A DNA stretch of 64,000 nucleotides, taken from contig NEEC01000018.1 of assembly GCA_002189035.1 (NCBI GenBank), positions 248,001 to 312,000 on the forward strand, in the 5' to 3' direction. Made by a program: the position numbers and the translations under genes. The notes beneath the pieces were generated by a model. That model saw only the letters and a list, made by a program, of their open reading frames with translations, was not told the DNA's origin and did no database searches. The DNA comes from Utricularia gibba. Its lineage: Eukaryota > Plantae > Magnoliophyta. This document shows positions 1 to 12,651 of this stretch, piece after piece. Within the stretch, counting starts at the first letter, position 1, and each line of letters begins with the position of its first letter.

Positions 1-489
1 CATAATTCATGTCACTTCCTTAACAAACTAAGATAGATTCAGGAGGGGGAAGCAATGAAACCTAGCTTAACAACCCTAATTAGAGGTAGACCAAAGATTA
101 GGGGGAAAACAAGAGTCCGAATAAACCTAGACATTGTGAGTTAGTTGTTTGATTTATTGTTTGCATGAACTTGTTTAGTTATGAGCATACATCCCCCAAG
201 AGTTCCAAGACATCACCCATTTCATTCCAGGAACAACCGAGTTCATAAAGTTCTTACTTTTCTTTACTATATTTTATCGCAACTCTACCTTAGTCCTAGT
301 TAAGACCAAATCTACTAACATGACATTGATTGCATGCATGGACTAATCACATGATAAGCACCTGCTCTTCGTGTTCAACCCTAATCACTATGCTCATAAT
401 TTTTTTATGCTTGAATGTGTGTTAGGTTATAAATTTATTTGATAGGAAGAATTGCAATTTAACGATGTTTCTAAATTTTTCGTTTATCA
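1..489 (+). mobile_element. 3' part of an Athila-like (Ty3/gypsy) LTR, family A, cut by the window edge
   Basis: Ends in ...ATAAATTTATTTGATA...TTTTCGTTTATCA (489), a tail shared with the copies ending at 1958, 24569 and 44573. Confidence 0.7.
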
Positions 490-809
490 ACATATTGTTT
501 CCTTTTTTTTATATAAATCTTAAAAATTGGCTCACTTGATCAAATTCTTAGCATGTTAATCTAAAGTATTATTATTATAGCATTATTCTTTATTTTTTTT
601 AAAATTATAGAATAAATCATACTAACAAAATCATTTCATCTTTTATAGTAACTCATATTTTTTTCATATTCGTTCCAAATCTCTACAGCTTACACTCTAA
701 CAAATAAATTAAGCCAAATATATCTTGACAATAATATCAATTTGAATCATTTTATTTAGATACTTGAGCACAATCTTAGATTCATTCATACGACTTTAGA
801 AATTGTTGG

Positions 810-1958
810 TGATAGCACATTTTTTTTCAGTAATTTTAAGTTAGGAAAATGACTGTTATCACTATGTAAAACTAAGATTTTGTTAAATATTTGACATTTT
901 CATGATTAACTGTTTGATTAGGTATTTTATTCTTGATTGGAACTACATCCTACATTTAGCCCCAATCTTTATTCTAATCACTTTCTTTCAACAATGCAAA
1001 TCCAATGAACCTAAAGTATACAGTGGAATCAGCATGAAAAGAGGACAAACGAAAAGAAATAGAAACACCAAATCCCAAAGTTGTAAACAATAGATTTTTG
1101 GAATGGTGGGAGACATAAGAAGGACATACCACTTAGAACAACACAACAATTCTAGAGAGGGGAGTTTTTTGGAAAAAAATCTCAAAAGAAGAACCAGGAA
1201 GAAGGAATGAAGAACGAATTTTACCTTTAAAGCTCACCTTTGGTTAGCGGGAACACAATTCCTAACTTGGAATAGTTTTAGCATTTCGTGTGAACTATTT
1301 ACGATTTCAGTTATTGTTTATTTTGTTGTTTTCAAGTTATAATATAAACATGTTGTGGATTATGTTTTATGTGTTAGTTTTATTTCCTTTCGATATGAGT
1401 GGCTAAATACATGTGATGCCTTGAGGGAGAAAGGAGTGTACATGATTATTGCTTATTAGATTACATTAACTCGATAATCACTTTAATTTCTTATCAAACC
1501 AAAATAGATCTAGAAGTGAAAAGTAGTGATATTGATCATAAGCTACTCTAATTAAATATAGACCAAAGATTATAGGAAAACAAGAGTTTAGGTACACTTG
1601 AACTTTTACTTGTTAGATTAGTGATTGTTAAATTGGATGGGAAAAGTGTAATAATGATCATACCACTCCTAGAAGCCTCAAGGCATTGCATTATCTTATT
1701 TTAGTTAGTAGTCAAATTTACATGTTTATTACTTTGTTGTATTTTATAGTAGACTTGCATTGGTCTTAGCTTTGAGTACATCTTTAACTGTGACAAAATA
1801 CTAAATGCATTCACTTTCACATAGTAAGCATCTTTGTGTTCAACTTTAATCCATTATGCTCGTATTTGTTTCATGATTAAATGTGCATTAGGTTTATAAA
1901 TTTATTTGATAAGAAAAATGTGCATTTTACTGTCGTTTGTAAAATTTTCCATTTATCA
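810..1958 (+). mobile_element. Athila-like 5' LTR, family A
   Basis: TGATAG...TTATCA termini. Collinear similarity along its length with 23405-24569. Followed by a PBS-like motif and a gag remnant. Confidence 0.75.
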
Positions 1959-1961
1959 AAT

Positions 1962-1979
1962 TGGCACCATTGACAAGGA
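1962..1979 (+). other. Degenerate primer-binding site (Athila-type, tRNA-Asp-like)
   Basis: TGGCACCATTGACAAGGA lies 3 nt after the LTR end and resembles the Athila PBS consensus TGGCGCCGTTGCCGGGGA. Confidence 0.65.
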
Positions 1980-2255
1980 GCGATATTTGATTATCGTATG
2001 TTTCAGTTGATGCATTTGCGTTTCTCTTATATAGGTGATTTTGATTTCAACTTAGAAATCGAAAGGTCCATTAGGAGGAACTTCAAGAAAGTAAGTGAAA
2101 CAGGCAAGTTGAAAACAATCCTTGCTGCTACCCAAGTTAATTTGATCATGATAGAATTGTAGAAAACGTTGAATGAGTTGGATGCAGTAGATGAATAAAC
2201 TTTCTGCCTAAATATAATGGAAAAATTGGAGAGAACCCGCATGAACATCTAAACA

Positions 2256-2534
2256 ATGTCACATCAGTTTTCACATCCTTCAAGTGCCATTTGCTTGGGG
2301 CCATTCCAATTTATGTTTGAGGAAAGTGCAAAAAAGTGGTTCAACTCTATGAATTTTGGGAGTATCGCAGACTGGTCATGCATGAAAAGGGTATTTTTGT
2401 GCAAATATTTCTCAATTTCTAAGGCTGAAGGAATTAAAAAAGAGATCAATGACATTGAGCAATCAAGTGATAAGTCTCTACATAAATATTGGAAACGTTT
2501 TTTAGATCAACAGTTTTATCAAATATTTTTATAA
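2256..2534 (+). mobile_element. Retrotransposon gag remnant (Athila-like)
   Basis: ORF AKKWFNSMNFGSIADWSCMKRVFLCKYFSISK...IEQSSDKSLHKYWKRF fits the Retrotrans_gag pattern (AkxWxxSL..gSI..W..L...FL.ky....Q...EsL..yW.RF). Confidence 0.75.
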
Positions 2535-2707
2535 TGGAATGCTATGTATTCATAGATACAAAATCAATAGAAAGTGAAATATAAATTTGATAAAAATAAC
2601 TCTTATGGATTCTCAACCATCCAAGGGGCATTGAGCAACATCTAGCCTTATTTCTTTGTTCAATTGAGTGCGATGGGCCTCATTGGCAGAATGAATTTCT
2701 GCAAAAA

Positions 2708-3305
2708 GGGCATTTGCGAAATACTTCATCTTCTAAAAGTGTTTACTAAATACCCTTATTTCAGTTTCTAATTATTTTTATTATATATATATTTGAATAA
2801 ATGCATATTTATTATATTATTGTATGTAACATATTTGTTACACATCTATAATAATATATCAAATGACAAAAATTTTTATGATCGTTTCTTATGCATATTT
2901 TAATAAATTTAAAATGACAATTTAATAAAATACCCATAACAATTAATAAACATTATATATTAATTTAAAAGTAAAAAATAAAATTAAAATATTTTTAATC
3001 AAATTATTTGAAAAAATACTTTTTTCATTGAACTAAACAAATTAATTTGAAAATATGAAAATTGAATCAAGTTATCATGTAAAATTAATATGCATATAAG
3101 TCTTAAGTATATTTGATAATGTATATTTGCTTATTTTAATTTATCAAATGCATATGCATATTTATTTTTTTATTTAATTTACCTCATCAAAACAGGGTAT
3201 TTAGCAAATATATAAACGAAAACGGGGGCATTTATCAAAAAGTTTTAAAAGTCAGGGTATTCGGCAAACCCCTTTTTTGAAGAGGGGTATTTTGCAAAAT
3301 TTCCC
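2708..3305. mobile_element. Non-autonomous Mutator-like foldback element/MITE
   Basis: Imperfect TIRs: GGGCATTTGCGAAATAC... on the left and ...GTATTTTGCAAAATTTCCC on the right, around a very AT-rich core. No TSD found. Confidence 0.5.
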
Positions 3306-3782
3306 AAGTGCCATAAGATTACTTTGGTATAAATTGCCCCAAATGATTAAATGTGTGGATTGAATACTTTGAAGTCCAATTTTGTCTCATTGAATAAATA
3401 TTTTTATAAAATTTTTATTTAAAATATAAATACTATGATTATTTAAATAATGTACAAAAAGTAATTTAAAATTATTATGTAAAGTTTATCAACTCACATT
3501 ACTTATCTAAAAAATAACATAATATATGTTAAGTGTCATTTTCTAGTTGTTTATTATGTATTATAAAGTGTTAATCTAGTATTAAGTCACCCAAATTAAG
3601 AATCTTAGTGTTAAGTATTTGGTTTTATTAGAAAATTTCTTTTTTTCTATTTTGTATATATTTTCTTTGTTTTTTTCGTGCACTTTGACCAAAATATATT
3701 AGGAGAGAGTGTGAAGTGTTGCAGGATGCTTACAAAAGGTCAAACATTGATATTTCATGCCTTGCACGTGAGTTGATTAAGA

Positions 3783-5238
3783 TGCTGGGTTTCTCGTAGA
3801 CATCGTATGTCTCAAAAGCAACGGAATTTTCAAAATTTTGAGAAACCCCCAACACAGATCTTGAAATACGGTATACATGAGACATAGGGATGTTCAAAGT
3901 ATCTTTCAGATGACTCCGTTGTTCACCAATCGCCAATAGCAGACGGCCTTTATGGTATCCACACGTGGAGCACTCCGTCGATAACCTTCTCAAGGCTCTT
4001 GAATGCTGGTCGAATTCCTCAGGTACTAGTAGAGAAAAACGTCTCCTTGTGGATTAGTCTCAAAGAGCACGAAGACCTTGGAGTAGGTCTCAAGATCTAA
4101 ATCTTTTTTTTTATAGATATATTGTGACATATCAAATCATATTTATATGATATCTTTTATTTTGAGTTTAATCAATATTAATCTCAAAATAATTCTCTAT
4201 TTAATTTATCCACTTTACCAATTATATCTCATGTAATTGTGTCATTCTATTTTATATCGATGAATGACTTCACTATTGTCTGTGACCCTATAAGCTTCCT
4301 CAATCAAGACCGTAATAATGGATTTATTAATTAACTCTTAATTAATTAAATCCATCATTATCGATTATGAGTGATGTCTAACAACATATCATGATCCCCA
4401 AGATTAAAGAATAATCAGGTGAACTGATTAAGCATTTCCATGACCAGCCACCATGCAATGAATAGCTTTCATCATACTTATATCTCATTCGGTACCAGAA
4501 CATGGGTGTGTGTCTTTCTGATGTATCGAACTTATAATTGCATTCAAGCACTAACACTCAATGACTTACACAAACAATTCGAGTGTCATTATCCTGGGCC
4601 CATGACTTACTGTTAGGCTTTGATGCAATTACCTAAGATATGATCTCATTGCTAACATGAGTGATGAGTCATTTATTGATCAATCAACTATCTACAACCT
4701 TAAGGAGTCACATCCCTACTCATCCATACTAGGCAAGCCATGGTTAGGCTCCCATTAGTAATGAGCGAAAATGTGAGCTTAAGACCAAGATAACTTTGTT
4801 GGCCTCAAGTCTAAGCTTACTTGCACGGCTGCCATATTCGAGATCTTGCTACTGACACTTGGTTAGCATCCCATAGTAGCATCTCGAAGATGAGTCATCC
4901 AGTGAATCGATTCTCTAATTGACACCCACACATAAGTTCTAGTAATCTCATTACGTCAATTGTGAGAACCATTGCCTAAACAGTTTAGGGAACTCAATGT
5001 GTGCTAGCTTATCCATATTTGTGATATCCTCATTTCACAAACACTCTAGGCAGGGAGTTTTTTAACTTAAACGTAAATGCTTGAAGAATCTCACATTATG
5101 ATCTCATCATAATTTCTATAGCACATAGATCAAGTAGAAGATTTTATCAATGATGTAAACTTGATCACAATTCAAGGTAAACATCAAAAGATAAGATTTG
5201 CCAATGAGTTGATTGTCTCTAGAACACATACACCAACA
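3783..5238 (-). mobile_element. Ty1/copia Angela-like solo LTR nested in the family B LTR
   Basis: Minus strand starts TGTTGGTGTATGTGTTCTAGAGACAATC (Angela-like LTR start), contains CGTGTGGATACCATAAAGG and ends CCAGCA. Perfect TSD TAAGA at 3778-3782 and 5239-5243. Confidence 0.85.
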
Positions 5239-7256
5239 TAAGACCCCTGACTTATGGCATGTCAGAGTCGGTAGCAATGATTGGATGGTAACTTGTATGC
5301 AAAGGAAAGTTGGTGGCACACGCAAGACAGAAGGAATGATGGGAAGGGGACCAAAAGGAGTTAATGCACACAGGGAGTGATATAAAATCAACTTGTAACA
5401 CTTATTTTCGGACTTTTGACTTTTCTTTTGAGACATAGAACTTTTGAGTTCTTCCTCTCTTGGAGGAGTAACACTTAGCTTCCATTTCCATTTTTATTTT
5501 CATGATCCTTTGTGGCTTAAAACCTTTAAGTTTCTGGGAATATATGAAATTTCCTTCCAAGTCTTGAATATTAAACTCAGTTCTTCATTGAATTCATTCC
5601 AAATTTTGCATACTTCCAACCCTATTAGTTTTAGGGAAGTAACGAATTGTTCGTGGCCGAGGTACGTGATAGTGGATGAGTAGTGACCTCGTACTCACCA
5701 CTAGCCATTGGCAACAGCTGGACACACGTGCACAATTCAATTTTGAAGGCAATCAACGGCAATTCTCTTGTCTTCTCAATCGTCTAAGGGGAAACCACAT
5801 GAGGCTATTCTCATGCCTCCTTGTCAATCAAAGTGTAAGGGAGAAGAGACTATTCCTTATTTCTATAAACAGCTATTTGAAAGGAATCAATGAAAGCCAA
5901 CGGAATCTCATTCCCAGTAACTGCAATCCTTAGTCAAGATCCATTACTTAGGTTGTAACTTTTATTTCTGCACTTAAAAAACTCACTTTTAGAAATCCGT
6001 GATAATTTGTGAAAGCATCCTACAAAACACTTTACGCAACACTCAACTCCCTAAGATCGATATTCGTACAACGCTTTTTTGTGTTCTATGTTTTACATAT
6101 TTAAAATTTGTTGAGAAAACGACACAACAAATTTTTGACTCCGTTGTCGAGGAGTTGTGTATTTTTGTGTTTACTGTTGTGTATAGTTTTTCTTTTTCAT
6201 TCTTTTTTCTTATTTCTCTTTTGTTTCCGTTTTGCTATTTTTTTCATTGTTTTTATGCATTCAGCTCCACTGAAGGTCACCAAAGCTTGAGATCGTACTG
6301 AGAAATCTTGTGCCCCTTAGATCAAAAGATTGAACACACATTTCTGGTGAAAAAGAGAGAATTAATTTTCAGTTCATTTACTGACAAAGAAATGGCTACT
6401 CAACCACCTATTGGAGTCTCTATGGTTCATGGAGAACAACATCAACATTATCTAGGAATTTTTCCAATTTTGCTGATCGTTAATCTTGGGCCAGCACTAA
6501 GAATCATAAAAGAAGAAATCACCGCCAACCATGCTGACAGACCACGTTGAGCTATGCCCATATCTGTTCCAGACACTTCCTAATTTCGCTGGGAGAGAGA
6601 ATGACAACCCAAATTGTCATCTTATTCTACTTCCAACCGATATGACCACTCATACTGAGCACCTTGAGGAATTTCTCAGCCTGTAAAATTAGTGCATGAA
6701 GTGGACAACTCTGAAGTTTTAGCTCAACTTGCTGCTATGAGTGATATCTTGAAGCTTGGCTTTCAATCATTTCTCCAACAGCAAGGAAGGTATCAAGAAT
6801 CTTCAACCTCTCATCTTTTTGATTCAGGACCTATGATACATGAGATGCCAATAGAAGAGGTGAACTCATTCTACCAGAACCAAGGAGGAGCTTACAACCA
6901 CGGAAACTACCAAATGTCGAGAAGAGACCACCATGGTTTCCGCTGGAGACAACCAGTATCTCCTAGTCAAGCCCCATCACTAGGGAAATTTTTTGTTGTT
7001 TCCTTGAAAACTCTCACTGCTCTGCCTCAACCTTTACAAATCATTGGAGTTCCAGATCAACCTCTTGTTTCTTATCACCCGAATCATAATCTGGAGTCTA
7101 TAGTGAAGTCTCTTGTCAAAAGTACCACCAAATTGCATGCTACACAAAAAGACATCCTACTTCTGATAGTGAATGGGTTAGCCCTATGTAGGTTATCCTG
7201 AAGAAAACAAGTATCATAGTCATGACCAATGACCAAGGAAACTCCTGCCCACCAGA

Positions 7257-7711
7257 GTGCAAAATGGCTGGCGAATGTGCGGGGATTATCGAAAATTAAA
7301 CGCAGCTACCAAGAAGGACCACTACCCACTTCCATTCATCGACCAGATGTTGGAAAGACTTATTGGAAAGAGCCACTACTACTACCTAGATGGTTACTTC
7401 GGTTTCCATCAAATACCCGTGGCCCTCAAAGACCAATCTAAAGTTGTTTTCGCTTACCATCAAATAACTTTTGGACTTTGCAATGCACCAACAACATTTC
7501 AGAGATGCATGGTCAGCATTATTTTTTTGAATATGTTGAGAATATTATTGAGATTTTTATGGATGACTTTACGATTTATATGAATAGCTTTGATGAATGT
7601 CTTGCTAATTTGTCATTGATTTTGAAACGCTCTGTTAAGACTAACCTTGTTTTGAATTATGAGAAATGTCACTTCATGATAGAACAAGGTATCATTTTAG
7701 GTAAAGTTTAA
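7257..7711 (+). mobile_element. Ty3/gypsy reverse transcriptase remnant (frameshifted)
   Basis: WRMCGDYRKLNAATKKDHYPLPFIDQMLERL, NAPTTFQRCM, IEIFMDDFTIY and LNYEKCHFM are spread over two frames. Confidence 0.92.
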
Positions 7712-8162
7712 ATTACTTAAAGTTTTTGTTCTACGTTTTACATATTTAAAATTTGTTGAAGAAACGATGCACAACAATGTATGTAAAATAAATTTAAATT
7801 ATTTAAAAATTAAAAGAATGATAATATTAAATCAAAATAAAAACCATCATTCGAATCTTGTATAAATGCTTGTATTCCTTCAATTCATTTGAATAAAAGA
7901 AATAGGATTAAAATATATATAGTCAATATAAAATTTTTTGAGGATTCAAGTTCTTTTAATATATTTAATAATTATGTGTGCAAATAAGAAATTGCATCAT
8001 ATTAGAAAGTAATCTATTCCTATATTTGCGCACAAAGAAAATATGATTTTCAATATTAAAAATAGATTTAGAGGCAATTGTCATCGAGGATTCTTTAATA
8101 ATGAATAAAAAACAATTATTTGACGTGTAAAAACTCTAATCTCAAGTTGAGACTTAGACTTT

Positions 8163-8764
8163 TTTACGATCCACCCTCATCTTTTGAGTATCCAATCATC
8201 ATAATTTTACATTCTTTTCTTCCGGGGAAAAAACCTTATAGAAGATTAAGAGGGTAACTCTATTTAAACATGTCTTCACCCCCTGCTCATAACCAATGTG
8301 GGATACCAGATAAGGGTGAACTGTGACATTTGGTATTATAGCCAAACCCAAGCTCGTAAGCGATGGTGGGATGGGATGACATTCAATGAGAATACTGAGT
8401 ATTTAAGAGGGGTAGAATGTAAGGTTAATGGTTTAGTTACGGTATGATATTTTACATTGATTACAAAAGGGGGTGAGTACGTGTTTAAATAGAGGAACCC
8501 TTTAAATCTTGCATGAGGTCTTATCTTTGAAAGGAGAGAACATAAAATCGTGACAATTGGATATACGAAGCAGAAAATATCGTGCCAAGTAAGGATGGAT
8601 CCAGAGATTTGGTATTAGAACCAAATCCGGGTTTGTTATCAGTGGTGAGATGATATGGTATTCAACGAGAACGCTAAATATCTAAAAAAGGTAGAATCTA
8701 AGATCAAGGGTATATTGACAATACAATATTTCACATTAATTATGAACGAGGGTGGGTCGTGACA
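8163..8764. mobile_element. Tandem TRIM-like array plus an inverted LTR copy
   Basis: Two degenerate tRNA-Met PBS motifs (TGGTATTATAGC 8331, TGGTATTAGAACC 8610). Two PPTs (AAGAGGGGTAGAA, AAAAAAGGTAGAA) precede LTR starts at 8418 (TGTAAG) and 8697 (TCTAAG); LTR ends read ...TCGTGACA. 8163-8304 is a reverse-complement LTR copy. Confidence 0.7.
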
Positions 8765-9402
8765 GGCCATACTAAATAAATCCAATTGGTTTGAAGAACT
8801 TTGGGCATATGGCTAAAAATCCGCATAAAATTTCGAATCATTATTATATAAGATAATATCTAGTGTTTTTTCAGATGAAGTTGAACCAATCCATAAGCTA
8901 GAACTTAGATTTTTATCTCTAATTTATGAAATGAAATTGAATATATGTTTTTAAATTTTTTTTAAAACAAACTACATTGAAATAAAAAGATGCATATAGA
9001 TATGGAAAAAAAATGTCTTTAAAACTAGGGTTTAGATTTTCATTTCTAATTTATGAAAAGAAATTGAACAATGAATTTTTCAATAACAACCCTTTGTGAT
9101 AATTCCAAGCTAATAGTTGGAAATTGGTGAGTTCTGAGATAGAGTCCATGAACTTTGTTTGTTGACCTAATCCATACTTAATTCCATAATTCTTCCAGGT
9201 TGGAGTGTAGATAAAAGTCAAATAAGAAAAATAAATATACATTCCAAGGCTAGGTAGAGCAGGATAGTGGGCTGGTGGAATGATTGGGCCAACAGACATT
9301 CAAAATGCGTCAGTCCGTCCACTTTATTCTATTTTCCCCCAACCCGGTTGAAAAAGCCTGAATGATGGTTATTTTGTGTGTCTCTGGCGAAGGAAAAAAT
9401 CC

Positions 9403-11412
9403 ATGGAGCTGATGCGCACTAAAGCCACCAGGAGGCACGCGCTGAGACTCTTTGTCGCCGCCGTAATCCTAATCGCCGTCCTAAGTCTCCGTTACCCGTC
9501 GCTAGAATATGAGTATGACAGCTCCCCCGTGTCGGTTTCCGAGTCGGTGGAAGTTCATACAGCAGCGGAGCCCGACCCGGCGGAGTGTGATACCTCCGTG
9601 GGCGAGTGGGTTCCGAATCCGGACGGTCCGTATTACACGAATCAGAGTTGCTGGGCGATACACGAGCACCAGAACTGCATGAAGTATGGGCGTCCGGATT
9701 CCGACTACTTGAAGTGGCGGTGGAAGCCCTACGGCTGTGACCTCCCGGTTTTCGATCCGGTTGGGTTCTTAGAAATGGTGGCCGGAAAATCCCTGGCGTT
9801 TGTCGGTGATTCGGTGGCGAGGAATCAATTGCAGTCAATGGTTTGCCTTTTATCTAAGGTAACTTTCCCTATTTCCCTTTTTAATTACGGTTTAATTTCT
9901 ATTTCAAAACATCATTTTCCAAAATCAGTTGTTTTTTTTTTCAATATAATTTGAAGTCACCCGAAATTACTAGAAAACCATGTGATCGGATTGCCACGTC
10001 GGGGTTAGGTGGTGTGCATTAAAACAAGAATGAATTAAAATAAACATTGCTTTGTTGTCCTTGTAATCAATAACCGGCGGATAAAATGGGGCGGGGCAAT
10101 AACGGAATTGAGGTGGACGATTGGAATCATGGAGGCGCTGCTGCCTGGTGCCGGCGCCTCTCAACTCTAATCCTCTGCATTTTTTGGTTTCTTTTTTGGA
10201 CAAAACTTCCCCTTCATGACCTCAAAATTTCCCGAGCACGCTTTCTCTAATCTTTTTTGTTGGGTAGGTGAACTAGTTGCTGCTATTCGTTCCATTAAGT
10301 GAAGGGGAAAGGAAACAATAATGTGGCGATTTTTTTATTAAAAAAAGAAGTAAATTATTGCACCTGATTGATTGGTCGAAGCGCAATCAACGTGGTGGTA
10401 TTGATTGGGGCTGTCGCTCACCCTGTTGAAGCGCGCTGGGCATGCGCTGGAGGTGTCTTTATGGGTTGGGCTTTTGGCACGTGATTGAGACTGTCGTGTC
10501 GCACATTTCGGGGCCCCGCCCCTGCTGAGCTGTCAACTTCCAAACCCCCGGACTTTCGTTTCGTTCCCCTCCCCTCCCTCCCTCTAATTAATCATACTAG
10601 TTATTGATTGAAGTACATCTATAATGCAAATTTGTGTGTTTTGTGAAGGTGGAATACCCCCAAGATGTGTCGCCCACTCCAGACGGAGAGCTCCAGAGCT
10701 GGAGGTACGAAAATTACAACTTCACTCTCGCCATATATTGGTCCTCTTTTCTGGTGCGGTATGAGCAACGCGCCGAGGGGGGCCCAATGAACACCGGACT
10801 ATTCGATCTCTACCTGGACGAGCCCGACCCGGTGTGGGCCACCGAGATCGACAAATTCGACTTTGTCATCGTCAGCTGCGGCCACTGGTACAGTCGCACC
10901 GCCGTCTACCATGAGCGCCGCCAAATCGTCGGCTGTCGCTACTGCCAGATCCCTAACATCACCGACCTCCCCTCGGTCTACGCCTACCGCAGCGCTATTC
11001 GGACAGCCCTCAACACCATCGAGAAGCGACAAGGATTCGACGGCCTCACGATTATGCGCACATTCTCGCCCTCGCATTTCGAGGGTGGACTCTGGAACCA
11101 AGGGGGGAACTGTCTTCGGCAACGGCCCTATAAGACCAACGAGACGGTTCTTGAGGGGTGAGTCTGGAATTTTATGAGGCGCAGATGCAAGAGTTTAGGG
11201 CGGTGCAGCGGCGGGGGAGGAAGCGATTCCGGTTGATGGATTTGACGCATGCCATGAATTTGAGGCCCGATGGACACCCGAGTAGGTATGGGCATTTGCC
11301 CAACGCCAACGTCACTTTGTACAACGACTGCGTTCACTGGTGCCTTCCTGGGCCCATCGACTCCTGGGCCGATGTCTTGATGCGTATCCTCAAGCTAGAG
11401 AGGGGCCCCTAG
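9403..11412 (+). CDS. TBL: Trichome birefringence-like (TBL/DUF231) O-acetyltransferase, TBL19/20/21-like; exons 9403-9858 and 10649-11412, with a 1-bp frameshift at 11155-11158
   Basis: N-terminal TM segment, CD...[27 protein letters not shown] (GDS motif), [19 protein letters not shown] and [18 protein letters not shown] intron 9859-10648. Confidence 0.92.
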
Positions 11413-12504
11413 AAACAACTCCCAATCTGAAATTGTAATGCCCATCCATGCCATTTTGTTTTTCTTTGCAATTCAACTAAATGCTTTATGTCTGATTCGT
11501 TATTAGAAGCACCATATTGTTTTTTAGGATCAAATGCTCAAGGCTTTAGTTAATAGTAATTAAAAAACGCAAAAGATGGTGGCTAGGTATAAAATGGGAA
11601 ATATTACACCAATATATCTTATGTTGACCTAAATGACATAATTGGTCAACCGGAAAAGTATTATAATTGGTCTCCACTATTTCAAAACCATTTATAATTG
11701 ATCCCAAGTGTTTCAAAATCGAACAGAAACAGTCTCCATTGTTTACATTAATGCCAAAATGAATCATCAATTTAAAACCCTAATTTTTTCCCAATTCAAT
11801 TTTACTATTTTAGATCAGCCTCACTGCCTTCCACCGACAGCGCCGCAATCATCCACCACCTGCACACTTGCCCCTGCCACAACTCACCCACAGCCCGCCA
11901 TCTACCCATTTTTGTTTTTTTTTTCATTATTGTATTTTAATACTTTATCAATATAGATATTATATATTATTTTAAGAAATCATTTTGATTTAAATTTACT
12001 GTTTCAATTAGTTATTTAAAAAATGGGATGTTGCACATTGAAAATTGAAAGACATATATGCGCATTTCGGAAATATTCATCAATAAAAGTAGGAAAAGAA
12101 GAGGCCAAGTAAAAAAGGTTGTAAAGGGAATTGGAACTGCTCCACTTATTTAAGTAATAACACATATTCATCAATAAAATCAACAGACTGTCGGTTAACT
12201 TTGTTTCTTGATTTGGTCTCTTCTCAAAATATTAACAAATGAGGTGAGAGGTTTTTTTTTTTTTTTTTTTATGTTGGTGTTAACGTTCAAAAAAACAGAA
12301 AATAATATTCACAAATAAAATGTATAAAAACTAAAAATACAATAATTTTATTTGTTATAAATTAAAAAAAATTAAAAAAACAAAAATGATTATTTTTATC
12401 ACACACTTACACACAATGGATAAATTTGTAAAATAATTTGTTGAGAGCATGTATATTTCTAAACAACCCCACTGGCAGCGAGTACATGGGGCGCGCGGGC
12501 GCGG

Positions 12505-12651
12505 TAGAGGTGGGTTCGGTTGACGGGTCAACCCGTACCCGTCTATCTCCTCGCACCGTACCCATCTAGTGACGGGTACGAGTCACGGATTGACACGTTA
12601 CGAGTCAACCAGCGGGTCGGACGGGTTGACCCGGACTCGTACCCAGCTCTA
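12505..12651. mobile_element. Small hAT-type MITE remnant
   Basis: Imperfect TIRs TAGAGGTGGGTTCGG / CGGACTCGTACCCAGCTCTA with internal ACCCG/CGGGT subterminal motifs. No 8-bp TSD. Confidence 0.55.

Larger units (their letters stand above)
3527..7776 (+). mobile_element. Internally deleted Athila-like element, LTR family B
   Basis: 5' LTR TGTTAAGTGTCATTTT...GACACAACA (3527-6129, interrupted), PBS-like motif ~6136-6153, gag/RT fragments, then only the last ~55 bp of the 3' LTR (..GATGCACAACA, 7776). Flanks ATATA / ATGTA give a 4/5 TSD match. Confidence 0.75.

Noticed and set aside
6692-7201. 169-aa ORF as a host gene
   Set aside because: It lies between the PBS and RT of the Athila-like element and is a gag-region remnant.
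11159-11164. GTGAGT as a real splice donor rescuing the TBL frameshift
   Set aside because: The sequence right after it encodes conserved TBL residues (SLEFYEAQ), and I see no nearby acceptor that restores the frame without deleting them.
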